Shown: positions 18,558 through 27,240 of the stretch, in pieces
How the letters are laid out: every line of letters starts with the position of its first letter
Position numbering within the stretch: the first letter of the stretch is position 1
IMG/VR virus record: IMGVR_UViG_3300042363_000641
Coordinates: 1-31,944 of that record
DNA length: 31,944 nucleotides
Direction: 5' to 3' (one strand)
DNA from: a virus
Taxonomy: Duplodnaviria > Caudoviricetes
Made by a program: the position numbers and the translations under genes
The notes under the pieces: model-generated
Database searches by the model: none
What the model saw: the letters and a program-made list of their open reading frames with translations, nothing else
What the model was told of the DNA's origin: nothing

Positions 18558-20174
18558 TCAGGCAGTCAACCCGAGGCCGCTCGTCACGCTGATGGATGGA
18601 GCAGCGAGGACGGTTGGGTCCGGACGACGGTGGATGATAGCCCAGCCGAACTGGGTTTTCATCGGCTTGGAGGCAAACTCCAGGATGCCACGGAAGTAAC
18701 CGAACGTACCATCCGGGTTGGTCGTCTCGTTCCGGATATTCTGCCAGTTGAAGTCACCGATACGGGTCGTCGGATCATAACTGGTTCCAGCGCCAAGGCT
18801 CGTCGTGGAGTTCCGCGTGAGAGCTTCCATCACCTCCGGATGGAGAATGAAAGACATCTCGTATGGGGCCGTGTGGTATGCAGGGTTTTCAACCCAGCCA
18901 CCTTGGCCGTTCGTCAACGTAGTCAACCGCCCAGTCATGTCGGAACTGAACGGAGTCTTGTCAATCAGAACGGTCGTCGAGGACGGGATTGCAAGCACCC
19001 GGAATGTCCCGCTGTAATCACTGTCGGAAGCAGAGGTTGGCGCAATGCTTACGACCGATCCGACCACGAGTCCGTTTGTTCCCAATTCCGTAGAGCCGTT
19101 GTTCGTAACGGTAAGTAGCGTTCCACCAGTTGCGGTTGCCGCAGCCGTAATCGCAACGTCAATACTTCCGGCTTGGTACGTCCATGGCGGAACCTCAGTG
19201 AAGTCGTACACGGAGCTGTTCAGAGCCAGCGTGAAGCGAGGAACTTCGTGATCCAGCGTGTGCGAAAACCCACAGAGCGAACGAGTCACCCCGAGTGGCT
19301 TTAGCAGTTCGCCAGCGTTACCCCAGCGCAAGTCGTTCCGAGTACCAGCCTCACGAATGAGGTAGTCGCTCGTTTCTGGCGAGGTGAGCAGCGGGAACAC
19401 CGGAGCGCCATCGGACATGCCGCCGCTGTTCTTGCCTGCGCCGTTCCGGCAGAGGCGAGCATAGATGTCACGGAGAACACCGCCAGTCAGGACCGAGTGC
19501 TTCGTGCTGAAACCGCCGGACGGAGCCGCGCCAGTCATGTTGAGCTGAGCGAGCGTGAACCCGCGTAGTGTCGCAAAGTCGGTCGCGCCAGTGACGGAGG
19601 CATCAGCAAGAGAGTTGAGCGACCCGGATTCAGGCGTGCCAATACATACTTTGTTGGCGCACATGCGGAAGTATTCCTCGCGAGTGCGGTAGCTCCAGAC
19701 GCGCATGCCTGCATCAAGCAAGCAATCGTACAGCATCTTCATTTGTTCTTTAAATTGGAACGAGAAGGCTGCGTCACGAACGTCGATCCGCATGGACTCA
19801 ACAGCGGTCCAAGCGAGATTATACTCACGCAGGCGTTGCGTCACTTGGACAACAGCGGCTGGAGGAAGACCCCGAGAGGTGCTGATGTCTGGGGGCGTAT
19901 TGCCTGTGGCGGCGGACGAGAACCCATGAGCCCGGTGATTGGCCCAAGTCCCCTTCCCGGTAGTCCCAACAAGCGCTCGTTCGTAGTTCAGGACGCGGAT
20001 CGAATCGCCCATCCCGTCAGGCCAAAGACCACGTTTCACAACGCGAGCCCAAGGAGAGACATCGTAGGCGTAACGGAAAAGACCTTCACCGATCCGACCG
20101 GATTCATTGATGAAGTTTTGTTGGATGATTTGCGATCCAGTAGTGGAATTCGCTGGTACGGTAGTAGAGGGCAT
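18558..20174 (-). CDS. Major capsid protein with an inserted beta domain
   Basis: 538 aa directly after the scaffold. SPWARVVKRGLWPDGMG N-terminal motif and GDFNWQNIRNETTNPDGTFGYFRG...ASKP...GWAIIHRR C-terminus resemble a capsid family of environmental podoviruses. Long upstream leader and downstream hairpin. Confidence 0.85.
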   Translation of the reverse strand: MPSTTVPANSTTGSQIIQQNFINESGRIGEGLFRYAYDVSPWARVVKRGLWPDGMGDSIRVLNYERALVGTTGKGTWANHRAHGFSSAATGNTPPDISTSRGLPPAAVVQVTQRLREYNLAWTAVESMRIDVRDAAFSFQFKEQMKMLYDCLLDAGMRVWSYRTREEYFRMCANKVCIGTPESGSLNSLADASVTGATDFATLRGFTLAQLNMTGAAPSGGFSTKHSVLTGGVLRDIYARLCRNGAGKNSGGMSDGAPVFPLLTSPETSDYLIREAGTRNDLRWGNAGELLKPLGVTRSLCGFSHTLDHEVPRFTLALNSSVYDFTEVPPWTYQAGSIDVAITAAATATGGTLLTVTNNGSTELGTNGLVVGSVVSIAPTSASDSDYSGTFRVLAIPSSTTVLIDKTPFSSDMTGRLTTLTNGQGGWVENPAYHTAPYEMSFILHPEVMEALTRNSTTSLGAGTSYDPTTRIGDFNWQNIRNETTNPDGTFGYFRGILEFASKPMKTQFGWAIIHRRPDPTVLAAPSISVTSGLGLTA

Positions 20175-20339
20175 GGTGCTTGGTATCTAGGTTGGTTTTG
20201 GGAACGAGGTTTCTTCCTAGTGTCAGGAATTGTTTGTTTTCCTCTCCTTGAGCCGGGGAAAGCACGCATCCGAAACGGACGGTTGTTTATGCTCAGGTTG
20301 GTTCCCAGTAGATTCTCGCCTTCTGGAATGGCGCACCGA

Positions 20340-20368
20340 TACGTGTATGCGTATTTGGAAAATGTCAA
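20340..20368 (-). promoter_or_regulatory. Possible MCP promoter (TTGACA -35, weak -10)
   Basis: Perfect TTGACA at 20368-20363, just after the scaffold terminator. The -10 candidates (TACACG/CACGTA) are poor. Confidence 0.4.
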
Positions 20369-20386
20369 CGAAATCTTTGAGGACGC

Positions 20387-20423
20387 AAGAAAACCCGCCA
20401 GCGTTGTGAGCGCATGACGGGTT
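20387..20423 (-). terminator. Rho-independent terminator after the scaffold gene
   Basis: AACCCGTCA-T-GCG-CTCACAA-CGC-TGGCGGGTT followed by TTCTT. Confidence 0.7.
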
Positions 20424-20441
20424 GCTGGTTGATGTGATTGA

Positions 20442-21602
20442 TTAGAGAATCCCGACGGCTTCAAGGAAGCCTTTGCCGTCCGGTTGTCCTTTCGCTGCAT
20501 TCGATGCAGACGGAGTTCCGCCTGGACGAGTCCCGCTAATCTTGCCGACCTCCTTCTTGTACGACTCAATCTGCTTCCGTAGAGCGACAACGGTCTTGTT
20601 CATGCGCGGGAGAGCGGATGCAGCAATGATAGCAAACGCCTTCTCCTCGGTCGTCATATCCTCAAATGAGGTAGCGCTGGCTTCTTGTTCAATCTCCCGG
20701 ATCACGTTTTCTGGCGGGGTGTCATCGTGGACAAAGTTCGCAGCAACCTTTCTGACTTTCGCCATGTCCGATTCGACTGCGCGGAGTTGCGCTGCCTTCA
20801 TCTCGGTCTTCTGCTTCTCCGTCATCTCGGACTCCCGCTGAGTCAGCTCCTTGTATGCCTGCTCGGCATTGGCTTCTAGCTCAGCCTTGCGGCGGGACAC
20901 ATCCGTTGCGGCAGCATCAAGACGGGCAAGTTCGTTCTGAACAATGCGCGGCAAGTGTTCAAACACATCATCGAACTTCTTGGCGCGAGATTTCATGTCT
21001 CCGTCAGCAAAGGCATCGAAAAGAAGATCCTCGGAAATTTCGTACTCCTTGGCGATGTTCTGGATGCTCTCACGGATGTGATTGATTGGCTTCTCCACCT
21101 CATTCTTCCACGCGGAAGTCTTCTCAATCTTCCAAACGTATGCCTCCTTCTCCAGCTCCTCGTACTTCTTGCGGAGTTCGTCTGCCTCTTGCTTGAGTGG
21201 ATCTGCATCCCGTAGCTTCTCGCGCTCAGCCAGTTGCTGCCGCAGTTGCTCAACTTCCTTTGCGAGAACCTTCGCCTGCTTAGCTTCCGCCCGAAGCTCG
21301 CCCCATTTGTACGAAGCCTTCTTATCGGACTTGATCTCTTCCGGCGTATCGTCCGCCTCTTCCGGTTCAGCCGCATCCGCTTCCGGCGCTTCTTCGTCAT
21401 CTCCGAGCAGGGCATCCGCACCCTTCTTTGTCTCTGCTGTTGATTTTGGCGTGGACGGTTTCAGATCCAGCGTTGGCACTGGTTCCTCGACTGGCGTTTC
21501 GACTGGTGGCGCGGCTACTTCCTGCGGGTGGTCGAGGACGTTATTGATGACGGAGAGAAAGTCTCCGGGGTCCGAAGACGCGATTGCTGATGGTGATTCC
21601 AT
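20442..21602 (-). CDS. Capsid scaffolding protein
   Basis: 386 aa between portal and MCP. Acidic/Pro N-terminus, long coiled coil, short C-terminal GFLEAVGIL helix. Confidence 0.75.
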   Translation of the reverse strand: MESPSAIASSDPGDFLSVINNVLDHPQEVAAPPVETPVEEPVPTLDLKPSTPKSTAETKKGADALLGDDEEAPEADAAEPEEADDTPEEIKSDKKASYKWGELRAEAKQAKVLAKEVEQLRQQLAEREKLRDADPLKQEADELRKKYEELEKEAYVWKIEKTSAWKNEVEKPINHIRESIQNIAKEYEISEDLLFDAFADGDMKSRAKKFDDVFEHLPRIVQNELARLDAAATDVSRRKAELEANAEQAYKELTQRESEMTEKQKTEMKAAQLRAVESDMAKVRKVAANFVHDDTPPENVIREIEQEASATSFEDMTTEEKAFAIIAASALPRMNKTVVALRKQIESYKKEVGKISGTRPGGTPSASNAAKGQPDGKGFLEAVGIL

Positions 21603-21632
21603 TCTGGTTTTGGTGGTGGTTCTGACTAAAGT

Positions 21633-21944
21633 TTACTCTTCCAGTTCTTTTCCGTATTGATCCCACCCAGGCGGAATCGGCACGGACTCAGGCTCAGGAA
21701 TATGCACTTGATTCAGTGCTTGGAAGACTTCTTGGACGGACTGGTGTTTGAACAACCTGCGTGCTGCCACGATGTCATGTTCTGCTGCCCCGACTTTCGA
21801 CAATGATGCTGCACTCTCAAGGAATACCAGTTCCGATATTTTGCGATACGCTTCGGAGTTCCGGATGGTGTCCCACTCGTATCTGAGGTTCGCATTGGAT
21901 TTGAATTCCTGTTTGAGTTCGCTGATTCGTTTGTTGATGTCCAT
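21633..21944 (-). CDS. Small helical protein between portal and scaffold
   Basis: 103 aa in the slot typically filled by a small head-assembly protein in podoviruses. Confidence 0.65.
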   Translation of the reverse strand: MDINKRISELKQEFKSNANLRYEWDTIRNSEAYRKISELVFLESAASLSKVGAAEHDIVAARRLFKHQSVQEVFQALNQVHIPEPESVPIPPGWDQYGKELEE

Positions 21945-21950
21945 TTGATA

Positions 21951-24302
21951 TTACTGCATTGTTCGTGATTTGGAGAGAAGTTCTGCGGCGGTTGTCGCAT
22001 CCTTCAGCGCCGCTCCTTGGCGTGCCTTTTCCAGTTCGATCCGGCGTTTGATGGCAGCATCGGCAAGCATGTTCTGGCGCTTCGCATCACTGATCGCGTT
22101 CATGCCTTGGATCTTCACTTGGAACTCAATGATCTTCCGCTGCATCTCGCTGTTGATCTCCTCGGCTTTCTGCGCGGCTTCCGGTGATTGGCCTTCCTGC
22201 TGCTGGGCTGGCTGTTCCTGTGCGGCCTTGCGCTGAGCGGCTTCGATCTTCTTCGTTCCGTTCCAGATGATTTCTCCAGCCTGTTGCAATGCCTGATTGT
22301 ACTCGGCAACCTTTGTCTCCACGGTCGGATCGTTCGACAGGATCGCCAAGTGACCGATACAGTGTTCGTGGATGATAATCATCGGCTGCACCGCTTCCTC
22401 CAAGCTGAGCGCCCCGGTTTCCACATCGTTGAGAATCTGTGCGATGAACGGAATGTGGGTATCCAAGTGGACAACATGCATGTCATTCGGCTCAACCGGA
22501 ATCGGAGAGCCAGAGCGCATGACGAAGTTCTGCAACTCTGCGATCTTCTTGTCCACTGGCGGACGCTGATCTCCCGGCATCCGTTGGATGTACCGTCCAG
22601 CAACCTCGTAGGATTTGAGAGCGCCAGCGGTTCTGTCCCGCAGGTAGTTGTGCCGCCCTGCTTCGTCAAAGCTGCCGACATACGGAGCGATCTCATCCAG
22701 CATCGCATTCCGCTGAACCATAGAGCCGCTGCCGATTGCTCGCTCGCAGGTGACTGCATCAAAGTCAATGACCTCCAGTGCTTCCAGTGGGAACCCGCGA
22801 CGAACGAGACGTTTGCGGAAGTCCGCTGCTTCTTTCCCGCCAGGCGTTGCATCCGAGTATCCGACACGACAGAGGCGGCGAACCGCTTCCTGCATCATCC
22901 GTGCCCATGATGGGTAGAAGAGATTGAGTTGAGTAGCGCCAACGCGGGACAGTGTTTCGAGTTCCGCTTGGACTTGGAACCGGGTCTTCTCCTGGCTCCC
23001 GCCGAAAGCGGAACCTCCTTGGAATTGTCCGGCCCGCTGATTCATCGTCCGCTCCATGTCCGCGAGAACCGGAGTGACGTTGCTTCCTAGATTCGGAGAT
23101 GCGCGTTCGACGTACTCGGCAATATCCTTTGCCGGGAGCATTGTGTACGGCCCGAGAGTTGTATAGACGATCTTGTCGTATGATGTCTCGCTCAGTGGCT
23201 GAAGCATCACGCCGGACGACATGGCGGCGGCATCAACCAGCTTGGAGCGCAGACGATTGGAGACTTGAACCTGCGGGTAAATCTTGCGCAGGATGCCTGA
23301 GATGGAATGGTATGTCCCGTTTGTCCCGATGCCGTAGCAGAAGAACGTGAAGGCATTCCGCACGTTGTCGTACTCATGGCGGCGGACGTACATCCATGGA
23401 TCGCGCTTCCCGTCATCCTGAATCGGCGTGTCGGAAACGAGGTACATCGAAACAGACCCGTCAAACTCTTGCACCCAGAGGTGAATCACCTCGACGGTTT
23501 GCGTTCTCCCTGCTGCCGTTGCTCCGAGATCATTGTTCTTAAACTGCGCCTGCAACCTTTCCCATTCAGTTTCGGACCATGCCGTTGTTGACCCAGCCGG
23601 GTGATCTGCACGTAGCATTGCCTGCTTCACCGCTTGGACATTCCATCCCATCTTCTCTGCCCGCTCTGGATCACGGATCTTCTCGTAAAGCTCATGCAGC
23701 TCGTACCTGCGGCGACATCCAGCAATCGTAATGCGCTCCTCCGACGCCAGTGTTTGTCGTGGAATGCAGAAGTCAGACAACCCGGTCGTCTTCCAGCGCC
23801 AGTCGATTGAGTCCTCCCAGTAGCCGATGCCGACGCCAAAGCAGAGCCAGTGATGAATCAGGTTCTGGTAGTTGAAATCAAATCCCTCCCAGCGGCGGAA
23901 CGTCTTCGTCACTTCCTCGGCAAGCGTCTGTTCGTATTCGCGCCGTTGCTCCTCATCCTCGAAATACTGATTCAGTAGTGGGGTGCGAACAAGGTTCTCG
24001 ACGGAGTTGACGAGATCAATCATCCCGGACTTTGTGAACTCAACGATGTTTTCGGCATCGCCCCAGTTCAGGTTTGTCATGCTTCCCTGTCCTGTTGCCG
24101 TCAGGACTGCCTGATCGTGAGGAGGCTCACCGTCCAGCATTGCCTGCTGCCTGACTCGTTGTGCCGCAGATTGCCTGTCCGCTTGAAGCATCGCTCGGTA
24201 GAGTTCTCTGCCAGTTGATGCGTCTTTGATCCGCTCCTCTGGTGCCGGGGATTCATCATCCGGTATGTTTTCAAGGAGTAAGTCGGCGCGAGAAGAAGTC
24301 AT
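21951..24302 (-). CDS. Portal protein
   Basis: Likely start MTSSRAD at 24302 (783 aa), directly after TerL. RVRQQAMLDGEPP...GQGSMTNLNW N-terminus, mostly helical, Q/E/A-rich C-terminal barrel with ND.HVVHL..H. Confidence 0.85.
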   Translation of the reverse strand: MTSSRADLLLENIPDDESPAPEERIKDASTGRELYRAMLQADRQSAAQRVRQQAMLDGEPPHDQAVLTATGQGSMTNLNWGDAENIVEFTKSGMIDLVNSVENLVRTPLLNQYFEDEEQRREYEQTLAEEVTKTFRRWEGFDFNYQNLIHHWLCFGVGIGYWEDSIDWRWKTTGLSDFCIPRQTLASEERITIAGCRRRYELHELYEKIRDPERAEKMGWNVQAVKQAMLRADHPAGSTTAWSETEWERLQAQFKNNDLGATAAGRTQTVEVIHLWVQEFDGSVSMYLVSDTPIQDDGKRDPWMYVRRHEYDNVRNAFTFFCYGIGTNGTYHSISGILRKIYPQVQVSNRLRSKLVDAAAMSSGVMLQPLSETSYDKIVYTTLGPYTMLPAKDIAEYVERASPNLGSNVTPVLADMERTMNQRAGQFQGGSAFGGSQEKTRFQVQAELETLSRVGATQLNLFYPSWARMMQEAVRRLCRVGYSDATPGGKEAADFRKRLVRRGFPLEALEVIDFDAVTCERAIGSGSMVQRNAMLDEIAPYVGSFDEAGRHNYLRDRTAGALKSYEVAGRYIQRMPGDQRPPVDKKIAELQNFVMRSGSPIPVEPNDMHVVHLDTHIPFIAQILNDVETGALSLEEAVQPMIIIHEHCIGHLAILSNDPTVETKVAEYNQALQQAGEIIWNGTKKIEAAQRKAAQEQPAQQQEGQSPEAAQKAEEINSEMQRKIIEFQVKIQGMNAISDAKRQNMLADAAIKRRIELEKARQGAALKDATTAAELLSKSRTMQ

Positions 24303-24313
24303 TTCTATCGGTA

Positions 24314-24341
24314 GGTTTAATCCGCATCTACGTAAAGTCAA
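24314..24341 (-). promoter_or_regulatory. Possible portal promoter TTGACT-N16-TAAACC
   Basis: The -35 overlaps the TerL stop codon. The -10-like hexamer ends 11 nt before the portal ATG. Confidence 0.35.
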
Positions 24342-26185
24342 GCAATAGCCATCCAGTCGCCGCCGCCGTTTGACCTGCTCACAACATCCAGTCTGCGCAT
24401 TACTTCAAAGAAATCCTTCTTCGGCAATACAGACAAGCCGCGCTCCTTGGATTGCCAGTGGAATCTCTCACGGCAAGTTTCAATACAAAGCATAAGCGAG
24501 TCAGCTTTGTCGGGCGAGCGACCTATCCGTAGCTTCATCTTCAGCTTCGGCTCAACCATCATCCGTTCGCCGTCTGCGCCTTTCACCATGGAAAATCGAC
24601 GGGCTTTCATCTCATGGCACAGCTCAGGATCTTTGCGGAAACCACTCAACTGCCCGCCGCGCATAAACTCAATCCCGACGCCCCATAGTTCCGAAACGCG
24701 ATTAGTGTACTTCTTGGACGATGGAGTCCGATCATTTGACGACACTGGACGCTCCGTTGCCCTGCCGCCAAAGTTGATGCGCAGGATTTCCTTTGACATA
24801 AACTGCGTCAATCTGTCCACCGTGCCAGTGGCGCTGGTGCTGTCCACCGCCAGATTTCTGTACGACACACCCTCTTTATCTAGGATCTTCTTCACTTCAG
24901 CGCAGATTTGATCCGTCCTAGGATTCATCTTGTCCGCCGCATTCTCATGAATAGCGTAGAACTTCTCAAGCTGGAGGCACATCACGCCGTCGATTGTCTC
25001 ACCAAATAGACAAATGCACAGGCTGGTTTTGTCACCGCCGCTAGAGAAGGACAAGTCCAGCCCCGCAATCTTTGTTGGTTCTTTCTTCCATTTGACGGAT
25101 TCCTGCATGTACGCATTGAAATCCGTGTCTGTGTAAATCGTATCCTCGGTGCCCTGAACCGGGAAGAATCCTCGATAGAAGCGGTAGAAGCGGGCAGAGT
25201 TTTCGCCATGCTGCTGCCGGAACTTTTCGATCTTCTCGTAGGTGAGCATGTACTTGTAGATCACCTCTTGCTCCAAGTAGTTCGGAGACTGAAGAACATC
25301 GAACCGGATGGCTTTTCCGTACTTGGTATCCCACTCCATCATGGACTCATCCAGTGTTGCCCAGCCCTCGACAGGCTCGCACATCAGACCGAACGGATCT
25401 TCCCTATCCTTCGGATTGCTCATCGCAATCATCTGGAACCATGGATTTGAAATCAGGTTGTCGGACGCATGGAGGACAGCAGGGGAGAGTTCGCAGAGTT
25501 CGTCCGCAATCAGGATCACCCTTTCGTTCTTCAACCCGACAAGTTTTTGCACAGCGGACGCTTCCTGCTTCTGCTCAGCAGCAACGAGACAGATGGATGC
25601 GGCATCATGCGCCACCGATCCATCCTGCGGCTGGTAGTGGATCATGTTCAGCGACGGCTTGACCTTGCCGAGTCGCTTGTACTTGTCCGGCAGCTTGTTC
25701 CACAACTGCATGACGGACTTCCAGATCCGCCGTTTGGCCGCACCGATGGACGTTGAGGTGACGAGGACGAGCGTGTTCTCTGGGTCCGCAATGAAATTGA
25801 CGATGGCGATGATCGCGCCGCCAAAGGACTTGGACGACGAGGAGCATCCAGCGACTGCGAGGAAATTGTGTTCGCACGACTCCTCCAACATCTTCTCCAG
25901 CCAAGGGTTCCACTCGACGACGTTCTTCCCTCCCGTGTTCCAGAGCAGATCAATACACTCCCGCAGATGCTCGTACTTTCCCATCCCTCCTTCCCCTGGA
26001 GTCAACCCCCGGATGAAAGCCGACAGCTCAATGTCCAGCCGCGAGTACCCAATTTTGCCGTCCCACCATTCCCCGTAGAGTTCGTGGTAGATCCCTCCGT
26101 TTTCGTCCAGCCCCCATGAGTCGTAGTCGAACAGCGGTGGCTTTGGAGAAAGCCCGCCTTGTCTTTGGATGACTGGTGCGACCAT
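24338..26185 (-). CDS. terL: Terminase large subunit
   Basis: 615 aa. Walker A-like GCSSSSKS, Walker B ILIADE, coupling motif MSNP, RNase H-like nuclease GLDLSFSSGGD ... AVD ... SPDKADS. Confidence 0.93.
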   Translation of the reverse strand: MVAPVIQRQGGLSPKPPLFDYDSWGLDENGGIYHELYGEWWDGKIGYSRLDIELSAFIRGLTPGEGGMGKYEHLRECIDLLWNTGGKNVVEWNPWLEKMLEESCEHNFLAVAGCSSSSKSFGGAIIAIVNFIADPENTLVLVTSTSIGAAKRRIWKSVMQLWNKLPDKYKRLGKVKPSLNMIHYQPQDGSVAHDAASICLVAAEQKQEASAVQKLVGLKNERVILIADELCELSPAVLHASDNLISNPWFQMIAMSNPKDREDPFGLMCEPVEGWATLDESMMEWDTKYGKAIRFDVLQSPNYLEQEVIYKYMLTYEKIEKFRQQHGENSARFYRFYRGFFPVQGTEDTIYTDTDFNAYMQESVKWKKEPTKIAGLDLSFSSGGDKTSLCICLFGETIDGVMCLQLEKFYAIHENAADKMNPRTDQICAEVKKILDKEGVSYRNLAVDSTSATGTVDRLTQFMSKEILRINFGGRATERPVSSNDRTPSSKKYTNRVSELWGVGIEFMRGGQLSGFRKDPELCHEMKARRFSMVKGADGERMMVEPKLKMKLRIGRSPDKADSLMLCIETCRERFHWQSKERGLSVLPKKDFFEVMRRLDVVSRSNGGGDWMAIA

Positions 26186-26193
26186 GAGTTACA

Positions 26194-26232
26194 GGAAAAA
26201 GCGCCAGTCCAAGGGTGTCTTGAACTGACGCT
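26194..26232 (-). terminator. Rho-independent terminator immediately upstream of terL
   Basis: AGCGTCAGTTCAAG-ACACC-CTTGGACTGGCGCT followed by TTTTCC; 14-bp stem. Confidence 0.8.
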
Positions 26233-26252
26233 CCGTGATGTCGGCCACGAAA

Positions 26253-26741
26253 TTAGGTGGTCGTGATCGTGATGGCGTCGAAGACCGAGCAGAAACCGTA
26301 AGCGAACCAGTTGGTTCCGTCGCACCGAAGCTCAACTCGGTCGCCAGCAACAGCCTTTGCCGTGACGAGTGTGATGGTGTCGCCGCCAGAAGTCTCAAGG
26401 TCGCCATCGGATGCTGCATTCAAGTCGGAGCTATACACCTGACCCTTGATGATGTTGGCGGACCCGCTGGTGACGATGGTGTAGGAACCTGCGGACGGGG
26501 CCGTGCCGACGATGAACTCAAAGCTCAACCCAGCGGCAGGGAGCGGAAGCGTGGTGACAAACCCGGCGGCGAGTTTCAGGAAGATCGTCTTGCCTGCGTC
26601 ATCAGTAGTGAGCGTGGCGGCAGCGATGTTGTTCTGCCCAACACCTCCAACCGCGCCAACCGCAGGAAGCGTGATCTTGGTGGGGGCGGATGTGACAAAC
26701 TCAACGGGGTTGCCCCCTACGACTAAAAGAGCGGAATTCAT
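26253..26741 (-). CDS. Putative capsid decoration / head-fibre-like protein
   Basis: 162 aa, beta-rich. TLT..D.GK.IFL...GF..TLP...AGL.F.FIV and GDRVELRCDGTNWF motifs are typical of small phage virion beta-sandwich proteins. Confidence 0.65.
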   Translation of the reverse strand: MNSALLVVGGNPVEFVTSAPTKITLPAVGAVGGVGQNNIAAATLTTDDAGKTIFLKLAAGFVTTLPLPAAGLSFEFIVGTAPSAGSYTIVTSGSANIIKGQVYSSDLNAASDGDLETSGGDTITLVTAKAVAGDRVELRCDGTNWFAYGFCSVFDAITITTT

Positions 26742-26770
26742 TGGCGGTGATCGGATGGGTTGTTTCCCGG

Positions 26771-26799
26771 ACAGTGCATCTCGGCAGGCTGGATGTCAA
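26771..26799 (-). promoter_or_regulatory. Putative leftward promoter TTGACA-N17-CACTGT
   Basis: Perfect -35 and 17-bp spacer, 29 nt upstream of the 26741 start. Confidence 0.5.
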
Positions 26800-26839
26800 C
26801 GCTGAAATACGTGAATGCGGATTTGCGCCAAGAATCTAC

Positions 26840-26868
26840 TTGACGATTGTAGCGGCACGCCGTAAACG
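26840..26868 (+). promoter_or_regulatory. Putative rightward promoter TTGACG-N17-TAAACG
   Basis: Divergent from the leftward promoter. The predicted start site (~26875) coincides with the first base of hairpin 1. Confidence 0.5.
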
Positions 26869-26874
26869 ACCTCT

Positions 26875-27240
26875 CGTTACTGAGGGGTAACGGCAAGATT
26901 TCACGGATTGGAACTTTATTCCGGTCGCAAGAACCCTGGTTGATTCCCCTCAGTCACCAGGGCTTTTTGTTGCGTTGGTACTGTTGAGCAAGTGACGCAG
27001 CAGGATTCCCAAGTCATTCAGCAGACATACTACCCGCGCTGAACGGGAATCTTCCGGCGAGGCTAATGCTGCCCTACTTGGAAAATCTCCCCCACGGGAC
27101 TGCCGCCAGCCCGTGTAGGAGAACGCGGGAAACTAAAACGCTTCCGATTACGGAAGAGGGCGCTGTGCGCAACCTGGGTTTGGAGGTCGTGATCGTTACG
27201 ACCAAGAGTTCCCCAGCCGCGTGATTTGACAAATCCCACC
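26875..27240 (+). ncRNA. Putative structured non-coding RNA / regulatory leader
   Basis: No ORF of 60 aa or more starts between 26806 and 27225. Many nested stems with G-U pairs favouring the + strand (see findings). No known family recognised. Confidence 0.55.
26926..26974 (+). terminator. Terminator/attenuator-like hairpin
   Basis: CCCTGG-T-TGATT-CCCCTC-AGTCA-CCAGGG followed by CTTTTTGTT, with outer CGCAA/TTGCG pairing. Confidence 0.65.

Noticed and set aside
20036-20590. 184-aa minus-strand ORF bridging scaffold and MCP (possible frameshift fusion)
   Set aside because: It crosses a terminator and promoter-like sequence, is out of frame with the MCP, and no slippery site was identified.
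8571-26726. Many plus-strand ORFs opposite the structural genes (e.g. 8571..9647, 19743..20417, 22188..22910, 26235..26726)
   Set aside because: They overlap convincing minus-strand virion genes and are expected in GC-rich coding DNA.
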